Positions 47,020-55,680 of a stretch of DNA of 64,000 nucleotides are shown here, piece by piece. The position numbers and the translations under genes are program-made. The stretch lies in NCBI GenBank assembly GCA_964490215.1, contig CAZBAM010000003.1, forward strand, positions 1,489 to 65,488. The letters are read 5' to 3'. This DNA comes from Candidatus Micrarchaeota archaeon (GTDB lineage Archaea > Micrarchaeota > Micrarchaeia > Anstonellales > Bilamarchaeaceae). The notes beneath the pieces are model-generated. The model saw only the letters and a program-made list of their open reading frames with translations, did no database searches and was not told the origin of the DNA. Every line of letters starts with the position of its first letter. Position 1 is the stretch's first letter.

Positions 47020-47420
47020 AGGTCCTTCTGGATACGGCCGCCCTCATTGACCTCCTGAAAGGCGAGAAGAACGCAATGGCAAGGGCCGAGGAGCTGAAGA
47101 AGGAAGCCGCCCTCTACACGACCACAATCAACATCTACGAGATTCTGAGGGGCATCAACCTCCTTCCGCCAAAAAGCAAAGAGCGGCATATCCAGGCATT
47201 ACGGGTCCTCATCAGCAACCTCAACCTCCTGGGCATAGACGCGGACGCTGCCGCCGCTGCGGCTTCCGTGTATGCGGAGTTGCGAAAAAAAGGGACTGAA
47301 ATAGACCCTCCGGACTACCTGATTGCCGGCGCCTGCATTGCAAACGGCATCGGCCTCATCCTCACAAGAAACGAAAAGCACTTCGGGAGGATAAGCGGGC
47401 TGAAGGCGGTCACGTACTAG
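46998..47420 (+). CDS. vapC: VapC PIN-domain toxin (start ATG 46998 or CTG 47016)
   Basis: VLLDTAALID, INIYEI, DYLIAG, TRNEKHF. Confidence 0.9.
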   Translation: MERGGFLKVLLDTAALIDLLKGEKNAMARAEELKKEAALYTTTINIYEILRGINLLPPKSKERHIQALRVLISNLNLLGIDADAAAAAASVYAELRKKGTEIDPPDYLIAGACIANGIGLILTRNEKHFGRISGLKAVTY

Positions 47421-48124
47421 ATTATGGCCAGCCCGGCCGGGCCGACCTTCAGTGGTATCAGGATGTCCACATCCGGCACCCTCAGGAAGAACTTCCCGCC
47501 AGCGTCCGATATGGTGCATATCCCGTCCGCGCCCTGCTCCAGTGTGCTCAGCAGCTGCTTGTCGTGGACGCCTTCGTCTATGAGGTAGATGGTCGTCCCG
47601 TTGGCGGTCCTGAGCCTCCCCTCTATGACGCTTAGGAATTTCCTTATGGACTCCTTGGGATTATAGAGCACGAACGTGGAGAGGGTGTCAAAGACCACCC
47701 GCATCCGCTTGCCTGCGCTCACCTTCATGGCCTCGTTGAGCATGAGCGAGATGTCGTTGAGCGCGCCCGGGCCTGAGACCATCATGACCTTCGGGCTGCT
47801 CTCCACCGGCCTTCCCAGCGTGGCGCTGTAGCAGTCTATGAAAAAGACGTTCGGCTTTTCCAGGCTTATGCCCAGCGTTGCCGCCTTTTTTATTACGTCC
47901 GCGGGCGAGGAGTTGCCACAGAGTATGTACGCGTTCTCGCCGGTTCCCGCCGCACCGGCGAAATGGTACGCGAGCGCAGCCTTCTCCATCCCGCTGGGCC
48001 CGACTATGATGATGTTGCCTGGATTGACGAACCCGCCCTCCAGTATCAGGTCCAGGTCCGCGATGCCGGTGCAAAGCCTGTTCTTCCTGAGAATAGGCGT
48101 CTGCTCGTTCACTCCCAGGTCCAT
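47417..48124 (-). CDS. KaiC/RAD55-like RecA-superfamily ATPase with degenerate Walker A
   Basis: TGIADLD..LEGG, GPSGMEKA, FIDCYS, VVFDTLST; start ATG 48124. Confidence 0.85.
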   Translation of the reverse strand: MDLGVNEQTPILRKNRLCTGIADLDLILEGGFVNPGNIIIVGPSGMEKAALAYHFAGAAGTGENAYILCGNSSPADVIKKAATLGISLEKPNVFFIDCYSATLGRPVESSPKVMMVSGPGALNDISLMLNEAMKVSAGKRMRVVFDTLSTFVLYNPKESIRKFLSVIEGRLRTANGTTIYLIDEGVHDKQLLSTLEQGADGICTISDAGGKFFLRVPDVDILIPLKVGPAGLAII

Positions 48125-48222
48125 GGCAGTAATGGCGTTGGAAGTTTTATAAAGGTCTGCGTTCCCCCAGGCTGCCGCCCAAGGGTAAAACTGGCAGGAA
48201 AAAGAAGGGCGCTGTAAACAAG

Positions 48223-48334
48223 CCCAAGCGCCTTGCCGGGCTATTCTTATTCTTGCCTTCGGGACGCCCTTTGGGCACAGGACCCACCATCCCTTCGGGA
48301 TGGTTCCCCCGTGCCAGTTCCTGGAGGCATTTCT
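48223..48334 (+). repeat. Dispersed structured repeat, copy A
   Basis: Blocks GCGCCTTGCCGGGCTA.TCTTAT / GACGCCCTTTGGGCACAGGACC / CACC-ATCCCTTCGGGAT-GGTTCCCCCGTGCC / TGGAGG shared with copies B-D. Confidence 0.9.
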
Positions 48335-48390
48335 TGTGGAAAAAGAGCATGGAAAAAAGAAGAGGAAAAAAGAAGAAAACCGAGGGGAAC

Positions 48391-48774
48391 TCAGCAGAAT
48401 GTGGTTGCCGATATGCTTGATGCACCGCCGCCTGCCATGAGCGCGTTTATGATTATCGGCGTCAGCACGTATATGAGCGCGCCGATTATCGCGCCGGTCA
48501 TCATGGCAGTCGCCCACACAGTCGCCCTTGCCCTGGTTTCTGCACCAAGCACCTGGCCGATCGCGTAAGTCGCACCAGCAAGCAGTATCATTATCATGAT
48601 TGCGCCGCCGAGGAACACCCTGGACGCGTCACAGAGCCCCCTGAGGGCCGAAGATATGCCCGTGGCTGCATCAGCTGTAGCAAACGACACTGAGAGCAGG
48701 TTGACGGCAAATACCGCCACTATCAGGTATTTCCCCCAGGTGTTCGCCTTTCGCATAAAATCAACGATATCCAT
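48391..48774 (-). CDS. TrbC/VirB2-like pilin, copy 1
   Basis: Signal ending VSFA, two hydrophobic helices separated by GAETRARA, paired Cys. Confidence 0.7.
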   Translation of the reverse strand: MDIVDFMRKANTWGKYLIVAVFAVNLLSVSFATADAATGISSALRGLCDASRVFLGGAIMIMILLAGATYAIGQVLGAETRARATVWATAMMTGAIIGALIYVLTPIIINALMAGGGASSISATTFC

Positions 48775-48929
48775 CCGTTCACCTTTGATTGGTTTTGAGG
48801 GCTATATGAAAGTGAATATTTAAAAAGGATAATCCGGCCGCGAAAAATGGGTGAAACGGGGAAAAAGAAGATGAAAAAAGGGCACGGAAAAAAAGAAGAG
48901 GAAAAAAGAAGAAGGGCGCTGTAAAACCA

Positions 48930-49168
48930 CTCAGGCGCCTTGCCTGGTTAGTCTTATTTTTAACTTCTAGACGCCCTTTGGGCGCAGGACCGGATGATGT
49001 CAGGACCGACGCTTCGATCTTGAGCATGTTCATGAACGTTGCGACGTTCATGACAACGACGCTTCGTTCGCTGGTCCACAGAACGGTGCGCCGTTCTGCC
49101 GGACCCACCGTCTGCGGACGGTTCCCCCGTGCCGATTCTTGGAGGTATCTCCTATGGGATTCTACAAA
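48930..49168 (+). repeat. Dispersed structured repeat, copy B (with 114-nt hairpin insert)
   Basis: Same conserved blocks; insert 48992-49105 flanked by GGACC. Confidence 0.9.
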
Positions 49169-49197
49169 TCCAAAAAAAGAAGAAAACGGAGGGGAAA

Positions 49198-49578
49198 TCA
49201 GCAGAAGTTGGTCGCCTGTATGCTCCCGGCGCCTCCTCCTCCAAGGAGCGCGTTTATGACTATCGGCGTCAGCATGTATATGAGCGCGCCGATTATCGCG
49301 CCGGTCAGCATCGCCGTGGCCCACACGGTCGCCCTTGCCCTGGTCTCCGCCCCGAGAATCTGGCCGATGGCGTAAGTCGCACCAGCAAGCAGTATCATTA
49401 TCATGATTGAGCCGCCGAGGAACACCCTGGACGCATCACAGAGCCCCCTGAGGGCCGACGATATGCCAGTAGCTGCCGTGCCTGCAAACGACACTGCGAG
49501 CAGATTGACGGCAAACACCGCAACTATCAGGTATTTCCCCCAGGTGTTCGCCTTTCGCATCAAATCAACAATATCCAT
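49198..49578 (-). CDS. TrbC/VirB2-like pilin, copy 2
   Basis: Near-identical paralog of 48391-48774; same upstream TTTTTAAATA box. Confidence 0.7.
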   Translation of the reverse strand: MDIVDLMRKANTWGKYLIVAVFAVNLLAVSFAGTAATGISSALRGLCDASRVFLGGSIMIMILLAGATYAIGQILGAETRARATVWATAMLTGAIIGALIYMLTPIVINALLGGGGAGSIQATNFC

Positions 49579-49651
49579 CTGTTCACCTTCGGCTGGTTGT
49601 GGGGATTAAGTGGGAGTCAATATTTAAAAACATTCAGCCGAGAGTAAGCGC

Positions 49652-51151
49652 ATGGATTTTCTCCAGCGGCTGCTGAAAAGTGACCGCAGGGTCCTGTTCA
49701 TCCTGATATGCGCCTACCTCGTCACACACCTTGCGGTGCTCCAGTTCCTGCCATTCGTGCGCGACGAGGCCATATACGCGGTGATGGTGACGGAGCAGGC
49801 CGATTCCCCGTCGCTCATCCCGACGTTTTTCGGCTATCCGGTGAGTTGGAAGCCAGCCCCTTTCTTCTGGCTCTACGTGCCGTTCTCAAAGCTGCTTTCC
49901 GGCTTCCTTCCGCTTGAGGTCGTTTATCGCCTCCCATCGCTTCTTTTCGGGCTTGCGACGGTCCCGCCGCTCTACCTGCTGCTGCGTAACGCGGGCGTCA
50001 GCCGCGCCCTGGCGTTCTGCTCCCTGCTCATATTCACCTTTTCCTACGTTTCGCTCTACCCACAGACGGCCATGCTTGCCGATTCCCCGGCGTTCTTCTT
50101 CATATGCGCGTCGCTCTGGCTCTACACCGAAAAGCGCCTCCCGGCGTGGCGCTTCCTTGCCGCAGGCGTGCTTGCGTTCGCTGCTTTCTTCATAAAGATA
50201 GTGCTCGCGTTCATGGTCCCGGTGCTCGCCGTTGCGTGGTTCTGTGCCGGCCGGAAGGAAACGCTCCGCAACCCGCTCTTCCTCGCCTCGCTGGCTGCCG
50301 TTCCGGTCGCGCTGGCGCTGCACGCCGCGCTGCTGCAGGGCGCAGGCCTGCTCGGCGAGTCCTATGCCAGCAACGTAGTAAACCACTTCATGAGTCCGGC
50401 TGGCGTTGAGGGCCAGTTCGGGGTGGTCCTGGGCTCCCTCATGATGTTCATCTCGTCCTGCGGCATCTGGTTCCTGCTATCGCTTTTCGGCTTCTGGAAA
50501 AACTGGCGGAGCCAGCCGTTCATGGCTGCGTGGTACGCACTGCTCGTGTTCCCTGTCCTCACAGGCTTCTTCATGCCGTGGTACTACCTGCCGGTGATGC
50601 CAGCGGTGGCTTATTTCGCCGCGCTGGCCGTGCTGAAATGGGAAGGCGTGGAGAAGGCGGACCTGTTCTTCGTCATCTTCCTGTCGCTCGCCCTGGCTGC
50701 CACCGTGGTCCTGCTCTGCGCCGGCTATGTATTCACGCGGAACGACTTCCTCCCTGAAAAGGAGGCCGGCCTGATGCTTGCCGGGAAGGAGAACGTGCTC
50801 ATCGCCGGCGACTACGCGCCGGGCGTGTTCGCCTACAAGATGCTGACCGAGCGCCGGGAGCTCGGCCGCAGCCTGGATTTCGGCCTCGTGGTTTTCCCGC
50901 GGAACACGTCCAACGGGACCGTGGCCCAGTTCCTCAGCGACTACTATTCGGCATCCGCGCCGGTCGTCCAGGGGTCGTTCAGCCCGCTTTTCTCGCTCAA
51001 TGCCATTTTCAGGAAGGACACCAGCATAGCGGGATTCGGCTGCGTGGCGCTCGTCGGCCGCTACAGCGTGGTCCCGCCCGGCGCAGAAATACTCTATAAC
51101 CGCTCCTACGTAGTAATATACCGTCCCACCCCCGGGCTGTTGACGAAGTGA
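49652..51151 (+). CDS. GT-C fold membrane glycosyltransferase (ArnT/PMT-like)
   Basis: RDEAIYA, KPAPFFW, YRLPSLLFG; many TM helices. Confidence 0.85.
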   Translation: MDFLQRLLKSDRRVLFILICAYLVTHLAVLQFLPFVRDEAIYAVMVTEQADSPSLIPTFFGYPVSWKPAPFFWLYVPFSKLLSGFLPLEVVYRLPSLLFGLATVPPLYLLLRNAGVSRALAFCSLLIFTFSYVSLYPQTAMLADSPAFFFICASLWLYTEKRLPAWRFLAAGVLAFAAFFIKIVLAFMVPVLAVAWFCAGRKETLRNPLFLASLAAVPVALALHAALLQGAGLLGESYASNVVNHFMSPAGVEGQFGVVLGSLMMFISSCGIWFLLSLFGFWKNWRSQPFMAAWYALLVFPVLTGFFMPWYYLPVMPAVAYFAALAVLKWEGVEKADLFFVIFLSLALAATVVLLCAGYVFTRNDFLPEKEAGLMLAGKENVLIAGDYAPGVFAYKMLTERRELGRSLDFGLVVFPRNTSNGTVAQFLSDYYSASAPVVQGSFSPLFSLNAIFRKDTSIAGFGCVALVGRYSVVPPGAEILYNRSYVVIYRPTPGLLTK

Positions 51152-51155
51152 CCGC

Positions 51156-51827
51156 ATGATTTCCGTGATAATCCCAACCTACAACGAGCGCGGCAACGTG
51201 GAACTGCTGGTTCCCAGGCTGGCTGCGCTCCTGCCGCAGGGCAGCGAGATAGTAGTGGTGGACGACAATTCGCCCGACGGCACGGCCGCAGTGGTGGAGG
51301 CGATGTCAGCGAAATTTCCAACGGTCCGGCTCGTCAGGCGCGAAAGGAAGGCTGGCCTTACATCCGCGGTCGTCGCAGGCGTTTCCGCAGCTAAGGGCGA
51401 CTTGATAATCGTGATGGACGGGGACCTTTCCCATCCGCCCGGGGCTGTGCCGCTGCTGGCTTCCGCGCTGAAGGGCTGCGACCTTGCGGTGGGCAGCAGG
51501 CTGGCCGAAGGCGGCAGGGTGGAGAGCTGGCCGCTTCACAGGAAGCTGATATCACGTGGTGCAGAACTGCTCGCCCGCGTCCTCCTGGGCGTGAAGCTGT
51601 CGGATCCGATGAGCGGATTTTTCGCGATCCGCAAGGGCGTCTTCATGAAAACAAGGTTCAGGGCCAGGGGCTACAAGATTCTCCTGAACATACTCGCTGA
51701 CAATCCGCGCATCAGGGTGAGGGAAATCCCGTACGTCTTCAGCGACCGGCATTCAGGCAGGACCAAGCTGGGCGCTGCTGAGATGGCGACCTACGTATCC
51801 GACCTCATACGCCTGCGGTTCTCCTGA
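51156..51827 (+). CDS. GT2 polyprenol-phosphate glycosyltransferase (DPM1-like)
   Basis: ISVIIPTYNE, VVDDNSPDGT, MDGDLSHPP, DPMSGFF, GYKILL, DRHSGRTKL. Confidence 0.93.
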   Translation: MISVIIPTYNERGNVELLVPRLAALLPQGSEIVVVDDNSPDGTAAVVEAMSAKFPTVRLVRRERKAGLTSAVVAGVSAAKGDLIIVMDGDLSHPPGAVPLLASALKGCDLAVGSRLAEGGRVESWPLHRKLISRGAELLARVLLGVKLSDPMSGFFAIRKGVFMKTRFRARGYKILLNILADNPRIRVREIPYVFSDRHSGRTKLGAAEMATYVSDLIRLRFS

Positions 51828-51958
51828 CCGGAAGCGGGAAACCCTAAACCGGAAACGGGTGGAAACGAGCGGAGAGGCGTGGAAAGGAGCGGAAACGGGC
51901 AGAAACCGGCGGGAACTGGAAACCTGAAACGGAAAACGGGAAACCGGAAGCGGCATAC
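51828..51958. repeat. Purine-rich degenerate tandem spacer (GGAAAC(G/C)GG-like units)
   Basis: Roughly a dozen imperfect GGAAAC units between two glycosylation genes. Confidence 0.65.
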
Positions 51959-52082
51959 CCGCGAATCGCGTTCCGGCAATGGCTTTCGTGAACTACACAC
52001 AGCTGAAGCCGTCTTCTTGTGCTCCGCTCAGGATGGATTTCCCGGGCCTACCTCATTTAAAGTTACGCCCTCCATCCTTTCC

Positions 52083-53951
52083 ATGGAAGTTCTCGGTGTG
52101 CCCGGCCGGCCGTTCCTGCTGAACGCGGCCATTACCCTCCTCCTGACCGTGGCCATATTCTACCCTGCGCTGGCCTCGTTCGGCCAGGTGCTTCTGGGGG
52201 CCGAGGACATCCGGCTTTTCCTGTGGCTCTTCTGGCATTTCAGCAACAGCCTAAACAACGGCACCAACCCGTTTTATGCAGGCGAGATATTCCATCCCTA
52301 CGGGATTTCCCTTTCCATGACCACCCTGTCCCCGCTCCAGGCCATCGCCTACTGGCTGCTTCCTGCGTCGTTCGGCCCTTTCGGGAAGATAACGCTCCTG
52401 CAGGCGCTTTCATTCGTCCTCGGCGGAATCTTCGCCTTCTGCCTCGCGTACAGGTTCGCGAAATCCTTCCTGCCTTCCTTTTTGGGCTCGGCGCTGTTCA
52501 ACTTCTCGGTGTATCATTCGGAAAAAGCCCTCCACCACCTCAACTACAGCATGGCGTTCCCGTTCCTCGCGCTCTTCTTCCTGTGCTATTTCGCCGCCGC
52601 GGAGCGCAGGAAGCACGGCATCCTGCTCCTGTCCGCCTCGCTCCTGCTGCTCGCACTCAACGAGATGACCGTCGCAGTGATGGCCGGCTTCGTGGTTTTC
52701 CTGGACGTGTTCCGGCACTATCTCGCCCGCTCGCGCGTGAAGCTCCTCACAACACGCAATGCCGCCATCCTGGGCGGGGCCGTGGTGCTGTCAATGGCAG
52801 CCAACGAAGCCCTCGCCACCCTGGCAGCCCCCCAGCTCCTGCTTTACACGCTCCCCCCGCTCCCGTTTCTTGCCGCATGCCTGGCCGTGCTCGGGCCGGC
52901 GAATGCGGTCGCGGCAGAGAAAGCCGAAGGCAGGCTGCGGTCGCTCGTCCTCGCATCGCTGCCGGTCGCCGCCTACACAGTCCTGCTGGCCCTCCAGCCC
53001 TCCTATGCCATAAGCCATGACAACGCGATATCCAACTCGCTGTTCTACGCAGTGCCGGTGGAATACCTCGTAATCCCTTCTGATTTCCAGGCAGTGGCCC
53101 ACGCAGGGGTTTTCAGCGGCCTCCAGGCCGGCAGCGAGGCCGGCGTCTATGCTGCCGCAGGCCTGCTCCTTCTGGTGCTTTCCCTGGTCATTCCCGGCGC
53201 ATCGCGGGACGAGGAATATTTCAGGAACCTTTCCCTGCTCTGCCTGCTCTTTTCGTTCCCCATAATCTCAGAAGGCGGGCTCACGCTTCTGACGGTCCTT
53301 CCCCAGCCCCTTTTTCCCCTTCTCGGCGTGCTGCGGGTGCCGGTCCGCTTCATGGTGTTTTCACTGCTTTTCCTTTCGCTCGCCTCGGCCCTGCTCGCGG
53401 TGCGCCTGCTCAGCTTCAGGCACGGCAGGGCGCTGGTGGCCGGGCTGTCAGTCCTCGTGCTGGCGGTCCAGTGGCCTGCCATGGGCGGCTTCACCTTTGA
53501 CGGAAGCGTGCCTGCGTTCTATTCCGGCCTGGCAGGCACGACAGGCCTGACCGGCATGACAGGTATGACAGGCATGACCGGCATAGAAAAGAAGGTCTTC
53601 CTATACCCGGACATGGACTACTATTCGCTGCTCAACGAGGTGTATTACCAGACCGTGCACGGCAACAGCCTGTCCGCAGGCATCGTCTCCCGCCAGCCTT
53701 TGTCAGGCAATCCGCTCTATTCGCTGTATTCGTCCCCGAACGTTTCGCGCAGCGACGCGCTGGCCGTGGCGAAGTCCCTGGGATACGACTACGTGGTGTT
53801 CCACAAGACGGCTTGCTCAAACTCCAGCGGATGCTTCCGCGGAATATTCGTGCAGGACCAGGCGCTCATGGACGCCCTGGCGAGGGAAAAGCCGCCGGGC
53901 GCGAAGGTGTACGAAGACGATTCCATCGTCGTCTATGCGTGCTGCTCATGA
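52083..53951 (+). CDS. Multi-pass membrane protein, probable GT-C glycosyltransferase
   Basis: EDIRLFLWLFW, IFHPYGISL, LRVPVRF; about 12 TM helices; GMT tandem repeat near C-terminus. Confidence 0.7.
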   Translation: MEVLGVPGRPFLLNAAITLLLTVAIFYPALASFGQVLLGAEDIRLFLWLFWHFSNSLNNGTNPFYAGEIFHPYGISLSMTTLSPLQAIAYWLLPASFGPFGKITLLQALSFVLGGIFAFCLAYRFAKSFLPSFLGSALFNFSVYHSEKALHHLNYSMAFPFLALFFLCYFAAAERRKHGILLLSASLLLLALNEMTVAVMAGFVVFLDVFRHYLARSRVKLLTTRNAAILGGAVVLSMAANEALATLAAPQLLLYTLPPLPFLAACLAVLGPANAVAAEKAEGRLRSLVLASLPVAAYTVLLALQPSYAISHDNAISNSLFYAVPVEYLVIPSDFQAVAHAGVFSGLQAGSEAGVYAAAGLLLLVLSLVIPGASRDEEYFRNLSLLCLLFSFPIISEGGLTLLTVLPQPLFPLLGVLRVPVRFMVFSLLFLSLASALLAVRLLSFRHGRALVAGLSVLVLAVQWPAMGGFTFDGSVPAFYSGLAGTTGLTGMTGMTGMTGIEKKVFLYPDMDYYSLLNEVYYQTVHGNSLSAGIVSRQPLSGNPLYSLYSSPNVSRSDALAVAKSLGYDYVVFHKTACSNSSGCFRGIFVQDQALMDALAREKPPGAKVYEDDSIVVYACCS

Positions 53952-54110
53952 TGCGTGCTGCCCCTGGCGCACAACCATGGAGCCCCTGTCCCGGGCCTTC
54001 TGGAGCGCCCGGGCGTTCGGGATGGAGGCGGGGATCATGGCTGTTGCGCGCCCGTCGGACGCCCGCGGGTTCAGGACGTTTTTAAACTGCTTCCACACTT
54101 AAAATCCGCT

Positions 54111-55544
54111 ATGAGAGTCGCGCTTGTCAGCCCTCCACCAATAGCAGGCACCAGGTATACGCGGGAGGGCCGCTGCCAGGAGAAAGAGGCAGTCCTCGGC
54201 GCGGTCAAGCCGCCACTCACCCTGCTTTACCTGGCCAGCATACTGCGCAAGGCCGGCCACGAGGTCCTGTTCCTGGACGCCAACGCGAAGCGGATGGGTG
54301 CGGCAGAAATGCAGGCGCGGCTCGCACGGTTCGGCCCGGCAGTTGTGATGTTCGCCACGTCCACGCCTACAATCGCGGACGACATGGCAGCCATGAAGGA
54401 TTCGCCCGGCATCGTATTCGCATTCGGCCCGCACGTGAAGGTGCTGCACGCGGACGTGCTCAGGGAATACGGCTTCCTGCGCGGCGTCGTCACTGGCGAG
54501 CCGGAAGCTGTCGCCGGGCCGCTCTGCGACGCGCTGGCGAAAGGCAGGGGCCTGGGCCGCGTCCGTGGCATCGCCTACCGGGCCGGCAGGGATGGCGACG
54601 GACGCCTCAGGCTGACGAAACCGTCCGTGGTGTCCGACATAAATTCACTTCCGGCGCCTGCCCTTGACCTGCTGGACTTCGGCGATTACAGGCTGCCGAA
54701 CAACGGCGAGCCGTTCTCCGTGGTGGAGATTTCGCGCGGCTGCCAGTTCAGCTGCGCGTTCTGCATCGTGCCGGTGCTGCGGCCAGGCTTCAGGGTTGCG
54801 GAAAAATCGCCGAAGGCAATCGTGGACGAGATGGAGCGCACGAAAAACTCGTACGGGGTGCGGTATTTCTACCTCCTGCGGGACTCCACGATGAAGTCCG
54901 GCGACCGGCAGATAAGCGGGATTGCCGGCGAGCTCATCCGGCGGAAGCTGGGCGTAAGGTGGATGACGAACACCCGCATTGACGCCGTGTGCGCGAAGGC
55001 GCTGAAAAAGATGAAGCAGTCCGGCTGCTGGCTCCTGGCCGCCGGCATAGAGGCTGAGGACGACGACGCGCTGTCCGCCGTCCGCAAGGGCTTCAGGCAC
55101 GGCATCGTCGCCGGGAACGTGGCGAAAATAAGGAAGAGCGGAATCAGCCTGCTCCTGTTCTTCATATTCGGTTTCGCCGACGACACGCCGGAGCGGATGC
55201 GGCGCAGGGCCGAATACGCCGCAGGCCTTGACGCTGACTTCGCGAACTTCTACCCGCTCGTGCCCTATCCGGGAACCCGCGTCTTCAGCCAATTCGTCCG
55301 GTCGGCCGGCAGGAATCCGGAATGGGAAAAATGCGACTACTCGCACTACGCCCTTTCAGCCCAGACCGGCCTGGCTGAGGCTGCGGTCCTTTCAGCGGTT
55401 TCTGACGCGTACCTGAAATTCTACGCGAAGCCCGGAAGGCTCGCGCGGCTCATGATGAAACTCCGGGAAGGGGATTGGCGCCTGATTCCGCTGCTTTCCA
55501 GCGGCGTGAGGTTCGCGTGGCGCGTCCTTGCCCGCGCCCCCTGA
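54111..55544 (+). CDS. B12-binding radical SAM protein
   Basis: PPLTLLYLAS.L, FGPH, GEPE, SRGCQFSCAFC (CxxxCxxC), GIE, PYPGT; start ATG 54111. Confidence 0.9.
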   Translation: MRVALVSPPPIAGTRYTREGRCQEKEAVLGAVKPPLTLLYLASILRKAGHEVLFLDANAKRMGAAEMQARLARFGPAVVMFATSTPTIADDMAAMKDSPGIVFAFGPHVKVLHADVLREYGFLRGVVTGEPEAVAGPLCDALAKGRGLGRVRGIAYRAGRDGDGRLRLTKPSVVSDINSLPAPALDLLDFGDYRLPNNGEPFSVVEISRGCQFSCAFCIVPVLRPGFRVAEKSPKAIVDEMERTKNSYGVRYFYLLRDSTMKSGDRQISGIAGELIRRKLGVRWMTNTRIDAVCAKALKKMKQSGCWLLAAGIEAEDDDALSAVRKGFRHGIVAGNVAKIRKSGISLLLFFIFGFADDTPERMRRRAEYAAGLDADFANFYPLVPYPGTRVFSQFVRSAGRNPEWEKCDYSHYALSAQTGLAEAAVLSAVSDAYLKFYAKPGRLARLMMKLREGDWRLIPLLSSGVRFAWRVLARAP

Positions 55545-55680
55545 CGACTGTGATGACGAGGCTGCGATTACGAGGCTGTGATGGATGCTGAAGAGGCTGT
55601 AATGCTGAGACTGCGATGACAAGACTGCGATGATGTGATAATAAGGCGTGCCGATGAGGCTGTGATGTCGAGGTTGTGAT
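55545..55680. repeat. Degenerate tandem spacer ((G)AGGCTGTGATG-like units)
   Basis: About ten imperfect 11-13-nt units between radical SAM gene and next gene. Confidence 0.7.

Noticed and set aside
49129-49410. Plus-strand ORFs starting after the GGAGGT in repeat B
   Set aside because: Antisense to pilin 2, and the start codon is not conserved in copies A, C or D
51879-52082. N-terminal extension of the 690-aa ORF (likewise 57841-57963 and 47417-48517 extensions)
   Set aside because: These read through repeat or spacer DNA; downstream ATGs give more plausible starts
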